The notes beneath the pieces were generated by a model. That model did not search any database. It was not told where the DNA came from and was given only the letters and a program-made list of their open reading frames with translations. A program made the translations under genes and the position numbers. From NCBI GenBank assembly GCA_964016885.1, contig CAXHJY010001082.1, forward strand, positions 20,513 through 84,512: a stretch of DNA of 64,000 nucleotides, read 5' to 3'. The stretch's first letter is position 1. The number at the start of each line of letters is the position of its first letter. Below are positions 44,341 to 64,000 of the stretch, piece after piece. Origin of the DNA: Eledone cirrhosa. Taxonomy: Eukaryota.

Positions 44341-44609
44341 TTTAGATTTAGGTTGCAGGAACTTAGAAGTACGAGGTTCGGTTGAATAGTTCAATATTAA
44401 GAAATAATGAACACCACAACTCTTCATTTGTAGCCCCCTATAAATTTGAGGCATTAATCTCCATCACAGTCAAACAATACATTTAATGGCTGTCATCATC
44501 ATCATCATGGTCCCTTAACCCTTTTCGGGGTCGTTGGGACACTGCAGCTTTGAACGCTATACCAACCGAGCCCCTCTCTGACGGTCTTGGGCGAGTGTTT
44601 CAATATATC

Positions 44610-44910
44610 AACTGATCCACCGCCACTGGGCTGGTACTTTATTTATCGAACACTCCTCCACCACTGGGTTGGTACTTCATTTATCGACCACTCCATCGCC
44701 ACTGGACTGGTACTTTACCGACCACTCCACCGCAATAGGACTGGTACTTTATTAATCGACCACTCCACCGCACCAGAACTACTACTTTATTTAATGACCG
44801 CTCCACCGTATCTAGACTGGTACTTTATTTTCCGACTATCCCGAAAAAATGAACGGTAAAGGTGACCTCAATGAGGATTTTGAACAATACCGAGGTATTT
44901 AATCTAACAC
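44610..44910 (-). mobile_element. SINE with an internal ~36-bp module amplified about 6 times
   Basis: TCGACCACTCCACCG..ACTGGTACTTTATT repeats leading into the SINE body AAAGGTGACCTC..TTTGAAC. Confidence 0.7.
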
Positions 44911-45739
44911 CCAACATTTAGCGCTTAATTCTACTAATTTCGTTGAAATTTTCCCGAAACAACATATATTACAGCACGTGGACTTAGTTAAATCCTATAT
45001 ATTATTGTAACAAGTAAATACTAAGAAATAGTTTCCTCTTTCAGTATAGAATAATCCAATAATCCTCGAGAATTACCTCACTAAAAGGTGTCTAATTAAT
45101 TTATTTTAGATCCAAATGTTTGCAGAATCAATCGAGGATTTACAGCACAGGGACTACAAATAGAATTGTATGTTTGATTAATAAATACTAATTCTCAAGG
45201 TGTTATTCTTTAATTAAACACTTTACAGGTGCGTATGTGTATGTATGTGTGTATTAGTGAGTGTTTGTGTTTGTGTTTGTGAGGTGATTTTCTTTGTGTT
45301 TGTGTATGTATACGTGTGTGTTTCGAGTGTGTATGCGTGTGCCTGTATGTGTGTGTGTGTGTATGTTTGCGTGTGTATATATATATATAAGTGTATGTGT
45401 GTGTGTAACTAGTTTCTAAAATAGGTGGATTGATAGATGATCTCACAGGGAACAAACATGGAGTCTAACTGGAGTTGACTGAAACATTCTGAAATATAAA
45501 ACTTTAAGAGATTTACTAGCAACAAATGATGGAAGTTATTGATGTTGTAAAGCAGCAGTGTTGTGTGTAGTAGGTAAAAGGAGGGGGAGGAGGGAAGGAG
45601 AAGGAGGGGTGGAGAAGAAAGAGGAGGAGAAGAAGATGAAGAAGTAGTAGTAAAGGTTTTTTAACGTGTAAACAAACACCGTCGGAACCAAACAGCTGTA
45701 TACACTTGTAAAAACAATTTAAGCTAAGGATTACTGTAT

Positions 45740-46075
45740 TGTAAAGACCCTTTTTCGGTCACGAATGACCATGGGCTTTGCACCTAGAAAGCTCCTCCCC
45801 GAAGCACAAAGTCTGGGTAAGGTGTTATTGTGGAAGACCAGCAGTCGCCCATACATACCAGTTTCCCCTCTTCACACCACCGGTGTTGTCCAAGGGAAAG
45901 GCAATAGGCTGATACAGCTTGGCACCAGTGACGTCGTAACTAATTTCTACAGCTGAGTGAACTGAAGTAACGTGAAATAAAGTGTCTTGCTCAAGGACAC
46001 AACGCATCACGTTGTCCAGAAATCGAACTCACAACATGATTGTAAGCTCAAAGTTCTGACCCATAAGCCGTGCAT
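45740..46075 (-). mobile_element. SINE, second family with long 3' part
   Basis: Shares CGTGAAATAAAGTGTCTTGCTCAAGGAC..AATCGAACTC with 35300-35517. Confidence 0.8.
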
Positions 46076-46349
46076 AGAAGTAATAAATATATTGGTGGCA
46101 AATAGAGAGACTCGGCAAAGAGTCGTATTTGTTCCACGACATTTATTCCGGTTCTCTAAGCACTGAATTTAAACCCCACCGACCTTAGTTTTGCTTTCTC
46201 TCTCTTTGTGGTCAATAAATTCAGATCTAGTCTATGTGGATTGACGGAATTGTGAGAACGTCAGCCTTTCCCCTTCTAGATTTATTTACGACATCATTGG
46301 TGCTAAGCTCTAGCAGCCTTCGTCCTTCTCTCAGACAACGTCGGTAGCA

Positions 46350-46800
46350 TGCAGATGGGGAGATTTACATAAACAGGTGACTAACAGTTCTTTTTTAATA
46401 AAAGACCTTTCCCAGCTCTCCACCTTAGATGGGAATGTTTCAGATGTAGATTCTTGGATTCACGAGACCTTTCGATACAACAATAAATAGTCTTTAGCTA
46501 TAGATATATTTCATATAAAAGGAAAGATAAATGTAGATATATTTATCTCACACGTCTGAAAGCTTCGAATTGCATATATTTCAATATTTTATATTTTCAT
46601 ATTGTAACTGTCAGCCCTTCATCGACGATAAATACCTAAATTAACATACAAAGTCTTCTCAGCTGCCTTATCAAAAAATCCTTTTCCTATAATAGAACTT
46701 CTCTTAAGATACTACAATAAAATTGGATTGTACCCTACAACAGAACGCGTAAGCTTAACACAGACTAAGCAGCATTTACATGTCCAGTAGGCACAAACCA
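46350..46800 (-). pseudogene. Possible decayed PLE RT remnant
   Basis: LGIYR/DEGL across a frameshift (cf. GLYRDDGL), followed by TCEINISTFIF and YRK. Confidence 0.35.
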
Positions 46801-47334
46801 TTAAGCACGTCGATGTCTCTCAATTCACCCAAAGCAGACATTGTTGTAAAGCTATATGTGAAATTAAATTTACAGTGAAAGCATTTGAAGAATTTCATTC
46901 AAGGTTAACAATATAATATAGAATTAACAAGGTACAGGGGCAAAATACCACCTAAAAGACAGAGCAGCAAACCACGTATAGAATTCCAATTCCAGCGTTT
47001 TGATATTCTTTTAAGATGGAAGTTCCGTGTGTTTCCTACTTGTTTTAATGGGTGAATACGTTCGCTTGATAGTCTTCAGAATGAATGGAAGATTGTAAAC
47101 TAATTTTCTTGAAGTCTTGTAATTCTGTGAAGCAGAATAAGAATTTAGTGACTGGTTGAAATATATTCCTCCAGCTACGATACTTGTTATGTTTTTCCGC
47201 TGGATGCCATATGAACGCCAGCGACATTTTGTTTATTCTACCTAGCGAATATATATAACAATAGCCGCAGCCACTGTAAATATATTTCGTCCACAAATCA
47301 ATCTCCGCATTTATTCAGAAATGGTTATCGATTT

Positions 47335-49529
<2,195 letters not shown>

Positions 49530-49634
49530 CGTCGTTTAGAAAGCCACAACAATGCAGAGGGAAATCTCGAGGTAGGAAGTGAATGATAGATAGGAAAACA
49601 GGAGAAAGTGAAAATTGAGAGAGACAAAGATGAG

Positions 49635-49985
49635 TCCGAGCATCTAACTTACACTGCTTCGGACTCACACACACGGACATCCACCAACTCCTCTCCTTCG
49701 TTGTGGATAATGCACTCTTCAATTTCCTCGGCCACACGTAGAAACAAATCTCTGGGCTACCTATGGGCTCTAGTCTGTCCGGCATACTTGCGATCTCGTA
49801 TATGGACCACCTGGAACGCAAGGCACTCAATACCTGCCAACCCAACGCCGTCGCCTTCTACTCCAGATACGTTGATGACATCCTGATACTTACTTCTTCC
49901 CGGGAGATGGCGAATGAAATTCACCAAATCTTCAACGATACTGACCATCACGTCGATTTCACCATCGAACACCCAGGAGAAGACA
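49635..49985 (+). pseudogene. Penelope-like element reverse transcriptase fragment
   Basis: [55 protein letters not shown]: PLE-type RT motifs; in-frame stop, truncated. Confidence 0.88.
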
Positions 49986-50333
49986 TTTGTTTTTGACATT
50001 TTGAATATTCATCCGCAATCATTATTATTTTTTCTCTCTATCATAAATCTTTTTAATCTCAATTTCATCCTTAATTTATCATTATTTTTTTCTCCCCATC
50101 AACGAACTCATTATTAATACATATCAATTCAATATACAAACTTTAACTTCACATTATTTTTCTCAAATCCTTCTACACTTCTCAAATCCTTCTACACTTC
50201 TCAAATCCTTCTACCTTAACAATTTTTCTCTTCGCTAATTTTGAAATTGCCACAATACATACATTTCTTCTTTTGACGTTAGAATATTCACCCACAATTA
50301 TTATTTTTTTCTCTCTATCTTCATACATAATTT

Positions 50334-50746
50334 CCCTTCGTTAATTTTCAAATTCCTTTAATTTATACATTATCTTCCAACGGTTCCCAACCTCTCTATA
50401 TTAAAACAATATATCTTTTTCTCAGTTATAAAAACTATCTCTTTCTCTCTATCACCCATCTCTCCCTCTCCACCTTCACTCTCATCTCCTCCCCCCTTTT
50501 TTTTCATCCTTTCCACCCCACCCTCCCTAAATAAAATATTTTTTCCTCGCACATATCCTCCCTTCGTTAATTTTCAAAATTTTTAATTTATACAGTATCT
50601 TCCAACGGTTTTCAACCCCTCTATGTAAAAAATATATCTCCTCTCAGTTATAAAAACTATCTCTTTCTCTCTATCACCCATCTCTCCCTCTCATCTCCTT
50701 CCCTTTTCATCCTTCTCCCCCCCCTCTCTAAATAAAATATTTTTCA
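50334..50746. repeat. ~206-bp direct duplication
   Basis: CCCTTCGTTAATTTTCAAA..TAAATAAAATATTTTT at 50334 and 50540. Confidence 0.85.
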
Positions 50747-50840
50747 CAATATCACACATCAATCTAAAACCACTTTTCATATGTTGATTTAAAACTGCAC
50801 TATCAACAAGTGTTTTTTTAGCCTTCATATCATGTTCTCC

Positions 50841-50911
50841 TGTTTTATCTGATGAAAACACAAATATTATTGCTTGATGATGTTTGTTTTTGAAATGCGC
50901 ATAATAAAATA
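50841..50911 (+). ncRNA. Hammerhead ribozyme in a PLE terminal repeat
   Basis: tgttttat-CTGATGA-(~16-bp stem II, GCTT loop)-GAAA-tgcgca-TA-ataaaata; palindromic stem III ATGCGCAT; same strand as the upstream PLE RT. Confidence 0.88.
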
Positions 50912-50941
50912 CATGGAACTCCTTTAACCATCTTTTGATCT

Positions 50942-51334
<393 letters not shown>

Positions 51335-51360
51335 TATACATATATATATAAATACATATA

Positions 51361-51520
51361 TAACAAAGGAAATGTGGTTAGGAACCAGATGGACCATAAC
51401 GCACCAGAATACTCAATACTTAGGGTAGTAGAGTGGGAAATAGGAAAAGGTATGACCCCGCCGGCAGAGCTCAAGCCGTAGAAACGGCTTGAGCTCTGCC
51501 GTCGCGGTCATAATTTTTCC

Positions 51521-51523
<3 letters not shown>
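51361..51523. mobile_element. Fold-back insert, family A copy 3
   Basis: Homologous to copies 1 and 2; arms 51440-51479/51484-51523. Confidence 0.75.
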
Positions 51524-51574
<51 letters not shown>

Positions 51575-51594
51575 TTTATATATATACATATATT

Positions 51595-51625
<31 letters not shown>

Positions 51626-51672
51626 ATATATACATATATTTATATATATACATATATATATATATCTATCTA

Positions 51673-52083
51673 AGGCGGGTAAAATTCCCGAGATCCATGG
51701 ACGAGTTCTCTCCAGCGGTCTCTGTCCCTCATTATCGCTGCCATATCCTGCATCTCCAACAGACCAGTGTCTGTCCTTAGGGCATCAACATATGTTAACC
51801 TTGGTCTACCTCTTCTAGTGTGTCCATGTAAGGGCTCCCAAAGCAGGAGAGTTGGGGCAAAAAAGGTATCGGATGCTGAATTTGCCGACGACATAGTTTT
51901 GGTGACAAATACAGTGAAGGAGGCAGAGGATTTGATGCGGGAGGTTGAGACTGTGTCGATGAGTGGGGGGGGGGGGGGGGGGGGCTGAGAATGAATGAGA
52001 CTAAAACAAAATATCTGGTAGAGAATGTTGAGAAGCCAGAGGGGATCACTAATGTTGGCGGGAAGCCGCTGGAATTGGTTGAA
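51673..52083 (-). mobile_element. 5'-inverted RTE LINE: 3' end on minus joined to an RT core fragment on plus
   Basis: Minus [25 protein letters not shown]; plus [28 protein letters not shown]. Confidence 0.85.
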
Positions 52084-53880
<1,797 letters not shown>

Positions 53881-54116
53881 ATGTGCCAACACTCACACCT
53901 GCTCATGATAAAATCAATAAAACTGAAAGAAAGAATAACACCGGAATGTAATGTATAATAAATATACACATAATACATATACACATATATACATACATAC
54001 ATAAATACATACATATATACATGCATACATAAACACATACATGTATACATACATACTTAAATACATATATACATACATGCATACATACACACGTACATAT
54101 ATGCAAATATATATAT

Positions 54117-54153
<37 letters not shown>

Positions 54154-54775
54154 TACATACTTATATACATACATATATATATATACATATATACATACAT
54201 ACTTATATACATACTTTCATATATACATATATACACACATACATATATATATACATATATCTATATACATACATACATACATACATACTTATATACATAT
54301 GTACATATATGTATATACATATATATATATATACATTCACACAGGCAGACACACACAGACACACACACACATACACACACATACATACACACATACACAC
54401 GCACACATACACACATACATACACACAGACACATACACATATATGTAGTCAATATTGTCCCTCAAGCATGTCATTTTGATGGGAAGGCATCGTTAAATAT
54501 TCCTTGATGCAGCTTGGAAAAATAATGAAAAAGAAATAACACAATAAAAATATAAAAATAAAAATAATAAAATGAAACCCATTTCTATAATGAGTTGGCC
54601 AATATGGCGCCTGTTTGTTATATTATGTAAGATAAACTGATAAAACATCCAAACTCTCGCATTGTTAACAAAATCAATTTTAGATTGTCTGAGAAAAGAT
54701 TCTGCTTACCCATGATCATCAACATCAAGCTTTTTGAGGTCAATTTCCTCGTTAAAGAAGAGGTTAATGATTCTG

Positions 54776-55130
54776 GTCCCATAATCGGCCTTATATGTAC
54801 CTATCATGAGTTCCGTTTCCAGGTACTAACGTAATATTTATGGTAGAATATCTTTTCTCGGGACCTCTCTTTTAGTCGCTTTTTACGGCTAATCTTTCAG
54901 GTCCTATAATCGGCTTCATACCTATCACGAGTTCCTTTTTCCAAACGATATTTACGGTAGGATCCTTCGCTTGTGCCCCCCCCCCCCCTTTTAGTCGCTT
55001 CTTACGGCTAAGCTTTCAGGTCCCCAAACCGGTTTTATACCTATCATGAGTTCATTTTTCCAGGTAATATTTACGGTAGGATGTTTCTTTTCTGGTGACA
55101 CCACTTTTACTAGCTTCTTACGACACACTG
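54776..55130. repeat. ~120-bp tandem repeat, 3 copies
   Basis: GGTCC..CGG..TACCTATCA.GAGTTC..ATATTTA.GGTAG..TTTAGTCGCTT recurs. Confidence 0.8.
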
Positions 55131-55699
55131 GGATGCATTGTACTTCTTATCCTAGACTGGGTACACACGAGAGGTGCTCCAATCATGATCCACCAATCTT
55201 TTATTTCGATATTGTGTATCTATGGTTATGTTATCAAATATACCCATCGGTGTTGATTAAGCTAAGAGGACTTCTGATCTGGGATGGGAGTAAGAGCATT
55301 TCAGCCATGACCATCCAATCTAATACCATCCTTTACCCAGACATACAGTATATGCAACAACAACACAACCATAAACACTTTAAGACAATTTCCCAGCTAA
55401 ACCAGGTTATAGCCATGCGATCCTCGTGATAAAGCTTTCTACCCAAAATGAAGTCATTTTAAAGGCAATGGTTTACGACTGGATGACTTTCCCGATGCTA
55501 ACAGTTCACGTAGTGATACAGTGTATCTATTCTGAACTGTATTACAAACATACTCACACCTCATGAACACTGACGTAAAATTTAGTCACCCCTCATTCAA
55601 CTACTTCTTATCGTGTCTACAAGAGTGTCAGCTACAAAGCTTGGTTAGATGTGGTTTCGCCACAGATGAACACATTGCTGTCTTTTCTGATTAAACTCT

Positions 55700-56030
55700 G
55701 CCAAGTCCAATGCTATGCGGGGTGTTCCAGCAGGGGGCATATCAGGAGGTGCTGCGTAGTCTGTAATTCGATGCGGCAGTTACACACAACGTCCCCATCC
55801 TTTAAACATCCCCATTTTGCCAGATTGACTTTTACACGTCCAATACCAAATCTTAATCTGTTGAGGCATTTCCACACTGTTTAGATTGTATCTGCTCCGG
55901 GGGGAGGGGCAGTGCCTTGCTGACCTTTAGCTCCATTGTTGTTGCAGATGGGAGCTTGTTAAGTTTTTCTTCCCAGCGAGTGACTCTTTCACTACTTATG
56001 CTTGATGGTCCAATGGGCCTGAATTATTCT
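55700..56030 (-). mobile_element. I-group (Ingi/Vingi-like) LINE C-terminal fragment
   Basis: PPGAD..VWKCLNRLRFGIGR..NLAKWG..CNC..QTTQHLLICP zinc-knuckle motif; stops present. Confidence 0.75.
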
Positions 56031-57338
56031 ACTGGAATTATTCTTTTAATATTTTACTGATTTTAATTATTAGGCTGTGACCATAATGGGGGATCCATCC
56101 TGAAAGGATTTAGTCGGTCATATCGACCCCATTAAGAATTTAGCAGTTTCTCTTTGTCGTTTCCTTTAGTCGCTTCTTACGACAAGCATTTCTTGTTGGG
56201 AGTTGAACTCAGAACGTATCGAGCCGGAACTAGGACTGTGAAGCACTCAACTGATGTGCCAACAACTCTGTCAGTCAATTGCCATGAGAAATATATAAAT
56301 AATACACATTTACATAGTAACATATATAAATATTTCGGTGAAATCTTGTATTGCTTCTGTACAGATACGTATTTACAACATACAGCAGCTGCTTAGAGCA
56401 GAATTGAATACATAATATAATAGTTCACCAGTGAAGAGAAATAGAACACCAATGTCAGTTTAACCTGGCACGTCGAATGTTAACTTCCCACTAGAATATA
56501 ACGTATATTAACAACACACTTCAGATATTCATATCAATAAGCTGTCAATCCTATCAAACTTGTTCATATTATTTTATTGTTCGGTTCAAAAGTAGCTCGG
56601 AAATCAGAGAATCCCTCCAGGTAAAGTTGCTACTTCTACCTTCTCCACATCAAGAGATCACACTTCCATTACTACGGGCATGTGGTTAGAATGTGGTGAC
56701 AGGACATAATCGCTGGACAGATTTTACAAGCAAAAAAAACCGGATCAACTTGATGACCCGCTGGATGGTGTGTTTGAGGAATATTCCCCCACGACCCTCT
56801 CAAGAATAAGTGGGCGAAGATGAAGTAGATAAAGAAGGTTCAAAAGTCACGATTCCCATCATTCAGCTTCAATAACATCAAACTTTAACCCTTTCGTTAC
56901 GATATTTTTATTATGTTGGTTGTGGAACATAACTTCAAATAGGTTGCTACATATAATTTTCATATTGAGATAAAAGGTTTTGCATCGTTAAACCCGAGGT
57001 GGTTTCAGGCAGTTTCGTATCAAAATAATTAAAGAACTGTGGTGGAGAGAGAACGTTCGATCGAGCCGTAGGTCGGGAATAAGACTAAAGGTATTTCATA
57101 ATGTACCTGGTTGTCTTCTCTTGTCATGACGCAACGATATATTCTAAGCGACGCAGTAATGTATGATATGATATTGTCCCGTAATTCCTGATAGAGTCAT
57201 AGGGGCACCGTATTGACATACGGCTTTTATTTGGGTATTTTAAACCTTGCGGAGTACAGCAGATTTCTTTCAGACAAAGATAGAAAGTGAGAGAGAGAAA
57301 GTGAGAGAGAGAAAGTGAGAAAGAAATAAAGAAGAAAA

Positions 57339-58045
57339 ATCGACCCAGTACTAAACTGGTACTTTTTTTATCATCCTCAGTACTAGACTGGTACTTTTTT
57401 TATCGTCCTCAGTACTAGACTGGTACTTTTTTTTATCGTCCTCAGTACTATACTCGTACTTTTTTATCGTCCTCAGTACTACAATGGTACTTTTTTATCG
57501 TCCTCAGTACTACAAGGGTACTTTTTATCGTCCTCAGAACTAGACTGGTAATTTGTTATCGTCCTCAGTACGAGACTGGTAATTTGTTATCGTCCTCAGA
57601 CTAAACTGGTACTTATTTTATCGTCCTCAGACTAAACTGGTACTTATTTTATCGTCCTCAGTACTAAACTGGTACTTATTTTATCGTCTTCAGTACTAGA
57701 ATGGTACTTTTTTATCGTCCTCAGTACTAGACTGGTACTATTTTATCGTCCTCAGACTAAACTGGTACTTATTTTATCGTCTTCAGTACTAGCATGGTAC
57801 TTTTTTATCGTCCTCAGTACTAGACTGGTACTTTTTGTTATCGTCATCAGTACTAGACTGGTACTATTTTATCGTCTTCAGTACTAGACTGGTACTATTT
57901 TATCGTCCTCAGACTAAACTGGTACTTATTTTATCGTCTTCAGTACTAGCATGGTACTTTTTTATCGTCCTCAGAACCACGGCGAGATTTGAACTGAGAG
58001 AGCAGAAAGCAAAAATTAATACCTCAAAGTACTTTAACCGACGCA
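57339..58045 (-). mobile_element. SINE with a ~31-bp internal module amplified about 20 times (57339-57975)
   Basis: TCGTCCTCAGTACTAGACTGGTACTTTTTTA units, then GGCGAGATTTGAACT SINE body. Confidence 0.85.
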
Positions 58046-58049
58046 TTTA

Positions 58050-58247
58050 TGTGTAGCGTGAACTAAAACGAAAGCTTAATGCAGTTCCGTTCGTTTTACG
58101 CGGACGTAGTTGACAATAGTCGTAAATAAATATCAGATTGTATCGCTTGAAAGTCATGACACCATATATTGTGTTGTGCTGTTGTCTACTACGTCCGCGT
58201 AAATCGAACGAAATTGAATCGATCAAGCGTTTTTCGTTGATTACACA
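58050..58247. mobile_element. MITE-like inverted-repeat element
   Basis: CGTTCGTTTTACGCGGACGTAGTTGACAATAG versus CTGTTGTCTACTACGTCCGCGTAAATCGAACG, with weaker outer extension. Confidence 0.6.
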
Positions 58248-58591
58248 TTACACGTTAGTGTGTGCCATCATACACGTCACTTACAATTGTTCCTGGATCG
58301 ATAAAATAAATACGAAATAACAGTCATGATTTAATCGATCATTCTTTCCCGCTTCTACGAAAAAAAAAAAAAAATGGCCAACGTCAGAAAATCCATAAAA
58401 AAAAATATAAATCGAGATAAAAAAGGAACCGGAAGAGCGTGATAAATGACACTGTATTATGGTGTGTTGACACAGCAGTGTATGGTGTGTATGTGTGAAT
58501 GTGTATGCGTGTGTGTGTTTGTGTGTATTTGTGTTTATATATGTGTGTGTGTGTGTATATGTCAAGGAAAGATAATGTGTGTAGAGATAGA

Positions 58592-60592
<2,001 letters not shown>

Positions 60593-61014
60593 GAGAGAGA
60601 GAGAGGATAAAATAAAATAAAGAGAGAAGGAGAGAGGAGAGAAGAGAGAGAAAAATAGAGAAAGAGAACCAGAGAGAGAAGAGAGTAAAGACGAGAGAAA
60701 GAGAAAATAGCTTGTATCCCTGTCGACGACTTGGATCCTCTGTGGTATGGTTAGCTAGGAGTTGGCTGAAAGAGAATGTCAGTAGCGAAGGAAAGAAAGG
60801 AAATACAACTGTTAACCACGACCCTTCATATCAGTTGACAATGGCTCTGTATTATTGATGACTTCCAGCAAGATAGGTTACAGCACCACCAGCAGCAACA
60901 CCAGCAGCAACACCATCACTGTCACCACCACCACCACCATCGCCACCACAAGCATCGCCACCACCATAAACACGACTAGCACCACCGACTCATCACCAGC
61001 ATATTTATCATCAG

Positions 61015-61057
<43 letters not shown>

Positions 61058-61142
61058 TACGTATATATGTATTTATACATGTGTATATATATATATATGT
61101 ATATATGTATATATATATATATATATATGCATATGTGTATAT

Positions 61143-61179
<37 letters not shown>

Positions 61180-61193
61180 CATATTTTATATAC

Positions 61194-61226
<33 letters not shown>

Positions 61227-61372
61227 TATATACTATAAATACATATATATTCACAAATATGTATATATATACATATACACACACATAAATATATATGTAT
61301 ATACTTACATATATATATATATGTATATATACATATATATATACACACACACGCACATGTATATATATATAA

Positions 61373-61560
<188 letters not shown>

Positions 61561-61781
61561 GATGCATGAGTAAGTCCCTTTGGTATAATTTCCGGAAGAA
61601 AGAATGATTTGGCTTCGCTGAAAGGCTCCTTTTATTATTTCATACGATATTTATGTGTTTCAAGCATATTATTTCGGTTAACATTCCACTATTTTCTTAT
61701 CCATTCTATCAGGAAGTTTACATTTTACATTATGTTATGATGGCAAAATCGTTTGTTTTTTTTCGACCGAGCCGAGTCATA

Positions 61782-61812
<31 letters not shown>

Positions 61813-61877
61813 GTAATTATCAATATGTAATTATATATTTATATACGTATAAGCATATGCATGTATATTTACGTATA

Positions 61878-61936
<59 letters not shown>

Positions 61937-62019
61937 ATATATATATATATATATATATATAACAAGATGGCGTAGGACAGAACAAAGGAGAGGCACAGAA
62001 ACAAAGAAAATAATCACCA

Positions 62020-62062
62020 GTCACTGAAGAGGTCACATAATGTGTGACGAAAGAACTTTGAC
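62020..62062 (+). ncRNA. Hammerhead-like motif (variant)
   Basis: gtca-CTGAAGA-g-gtcaca/tgtgac-GAAA-gaac-TT-tgac; one extra G and a very short stem III. Confidence 0.5.
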
Positions 62063-62291
62063 AATATATGAACAATCGTCTGGCTGTGGAACCAACCAAC
62101 CAACCAACCAACCGGAAATTTATAAATTCCTAAATTTATAAATTTAATTTATAATAAATTGAAGTGAAAGCAACTGGTGCGTGTGTTTCTTATTGGCAAC
62201 ATGACCCTCCCAAAGCATAACAATATATATAATATAATTATATATATATATATATACATATATACATATATGCATATGCATGTATATATAC

Positions 62292-62339
<48 letters not shown>

Positions 62340-62674
62340 GTTTCTGTAGCATATCAAAAAACAATATTAACATCATAAAATTCAAACTTCCTGCAAACAA
62401 GATGGTGGAAGTTTTGTCAGAATAAAATAATGGAACCGCATAAACATTCTAACTAATGACAAAAAGACCAACACACACACACATAAACTGAGGCACTGAC
62501 ACACAGAAGCACACATGTACACACCCACACATACACACGCACACACACACATACACCATATGTTTATAAATATATATATATATATATTTATAATATATAT
62601 ATTTATATATATATAGGTATGTACACACGCATATATACATTTCGTTTTCTTATGCATCTCCATTATGCATTAAG

Positions 62675-63506
<832 letters not shown>

Positions 63507-63881
63507 TATCAAAATGAAGATCCGAAGGCATGGTATATATTTTCAATCATTTTAATCACGACACATGTTTCAATAAGAGATAGATTGATCGTGTAGCCAT
63601 GATCGATTATCACTGAACTCGTCAGGTGAAAATGAATTGTCTTCAAATCCTTGATATGAGGGAGAAAACTAACGATGTTCTCTCACAGAGTGGACTAAAC
63701 TCTGTAAGTGAACATCGTGAATTTTTTCCCTCATATCAAGGATTTGAAGACAATTCATTTTCACCTGACGAGATCAGTGATAATCGATCATGGCTACACG
63801 ATCAATTTATCTCTTATTGAAACATGTGTCGTGATTAAAATGATTGGAAATTTATACCATGCCTTTGGATCTTTCTTGATA
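63507..63881. mobile_element. ~375-bp imperfect palindrome with two divergent HHRs
   Basis: ~185-bp arms around a 7-nt loop at 63692-63698. Confidence 0.8.
63761..63834 (+). ncRNA. Hammerhead ribozyme motif
   Basis: tcac-CTGACGA-gat..att-GAAA-catgtg-TC-gtga; GUC site; mirror copy on minus at 63556-63629. Confidence 0.75.
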
Positions 63882-64000
63882 CAAATACTCCGTTTTACAT
63901 CATCTAGCTGTTCCCATAAATGGAATTGGAGATATACAAAGGCGTGGAGAACTTAATATTGCTAACAAAAATTTATTGGACCGTTTGACACAACCAATAA

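Noticed and set aside
47020-47085. Minus-strand CTGAAGA-cta/tag-GAAAC
   Set aside because: No cleavage triplet and no stem I
57339-57975. CRISPR-like array of ~31-bp palindromic repeats
   Set aside because: No unique spacers, no cas genes, eukaryotic context; the unit derives from the SINE
60700-60790. Minus-strand splice acceptor (CTGAC..TCTCTTTCAG)
   Set aside because: No matching donor or recognisable peptide

Overview
Very AT-rich eukaryotic DNA dominated by microsatellites and transposon remnants. The tRNA-derived SINE families and (AT)n/(CA)n load resemble an octopus/cephalopod genome (inference). No intact host gene is supported, and nearly all long ORFs are translations of simple repeats. 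The main signal is a set of about ten hammerhead-ribozyme (HHR) motifs of the minimal type associated with Penelope-like elements (PLEs). Many sit in fold-back (inverted-duplication) inserts bounded by (AT)n, alongside degenerate PLE reverse-transcriptase remnants. One family occurs three times with identical outer ends but different hairpin turning points. Also present: non-autonomous Helitrons (two head-to-head), RTE, CRE and I-group LINE fragments (one twin-primed), MITEs, SINE tandems, SINE-derived minisatellites and a polarity switch in the interrupted (AT)n arrays. All folds and alignments were done by eye.
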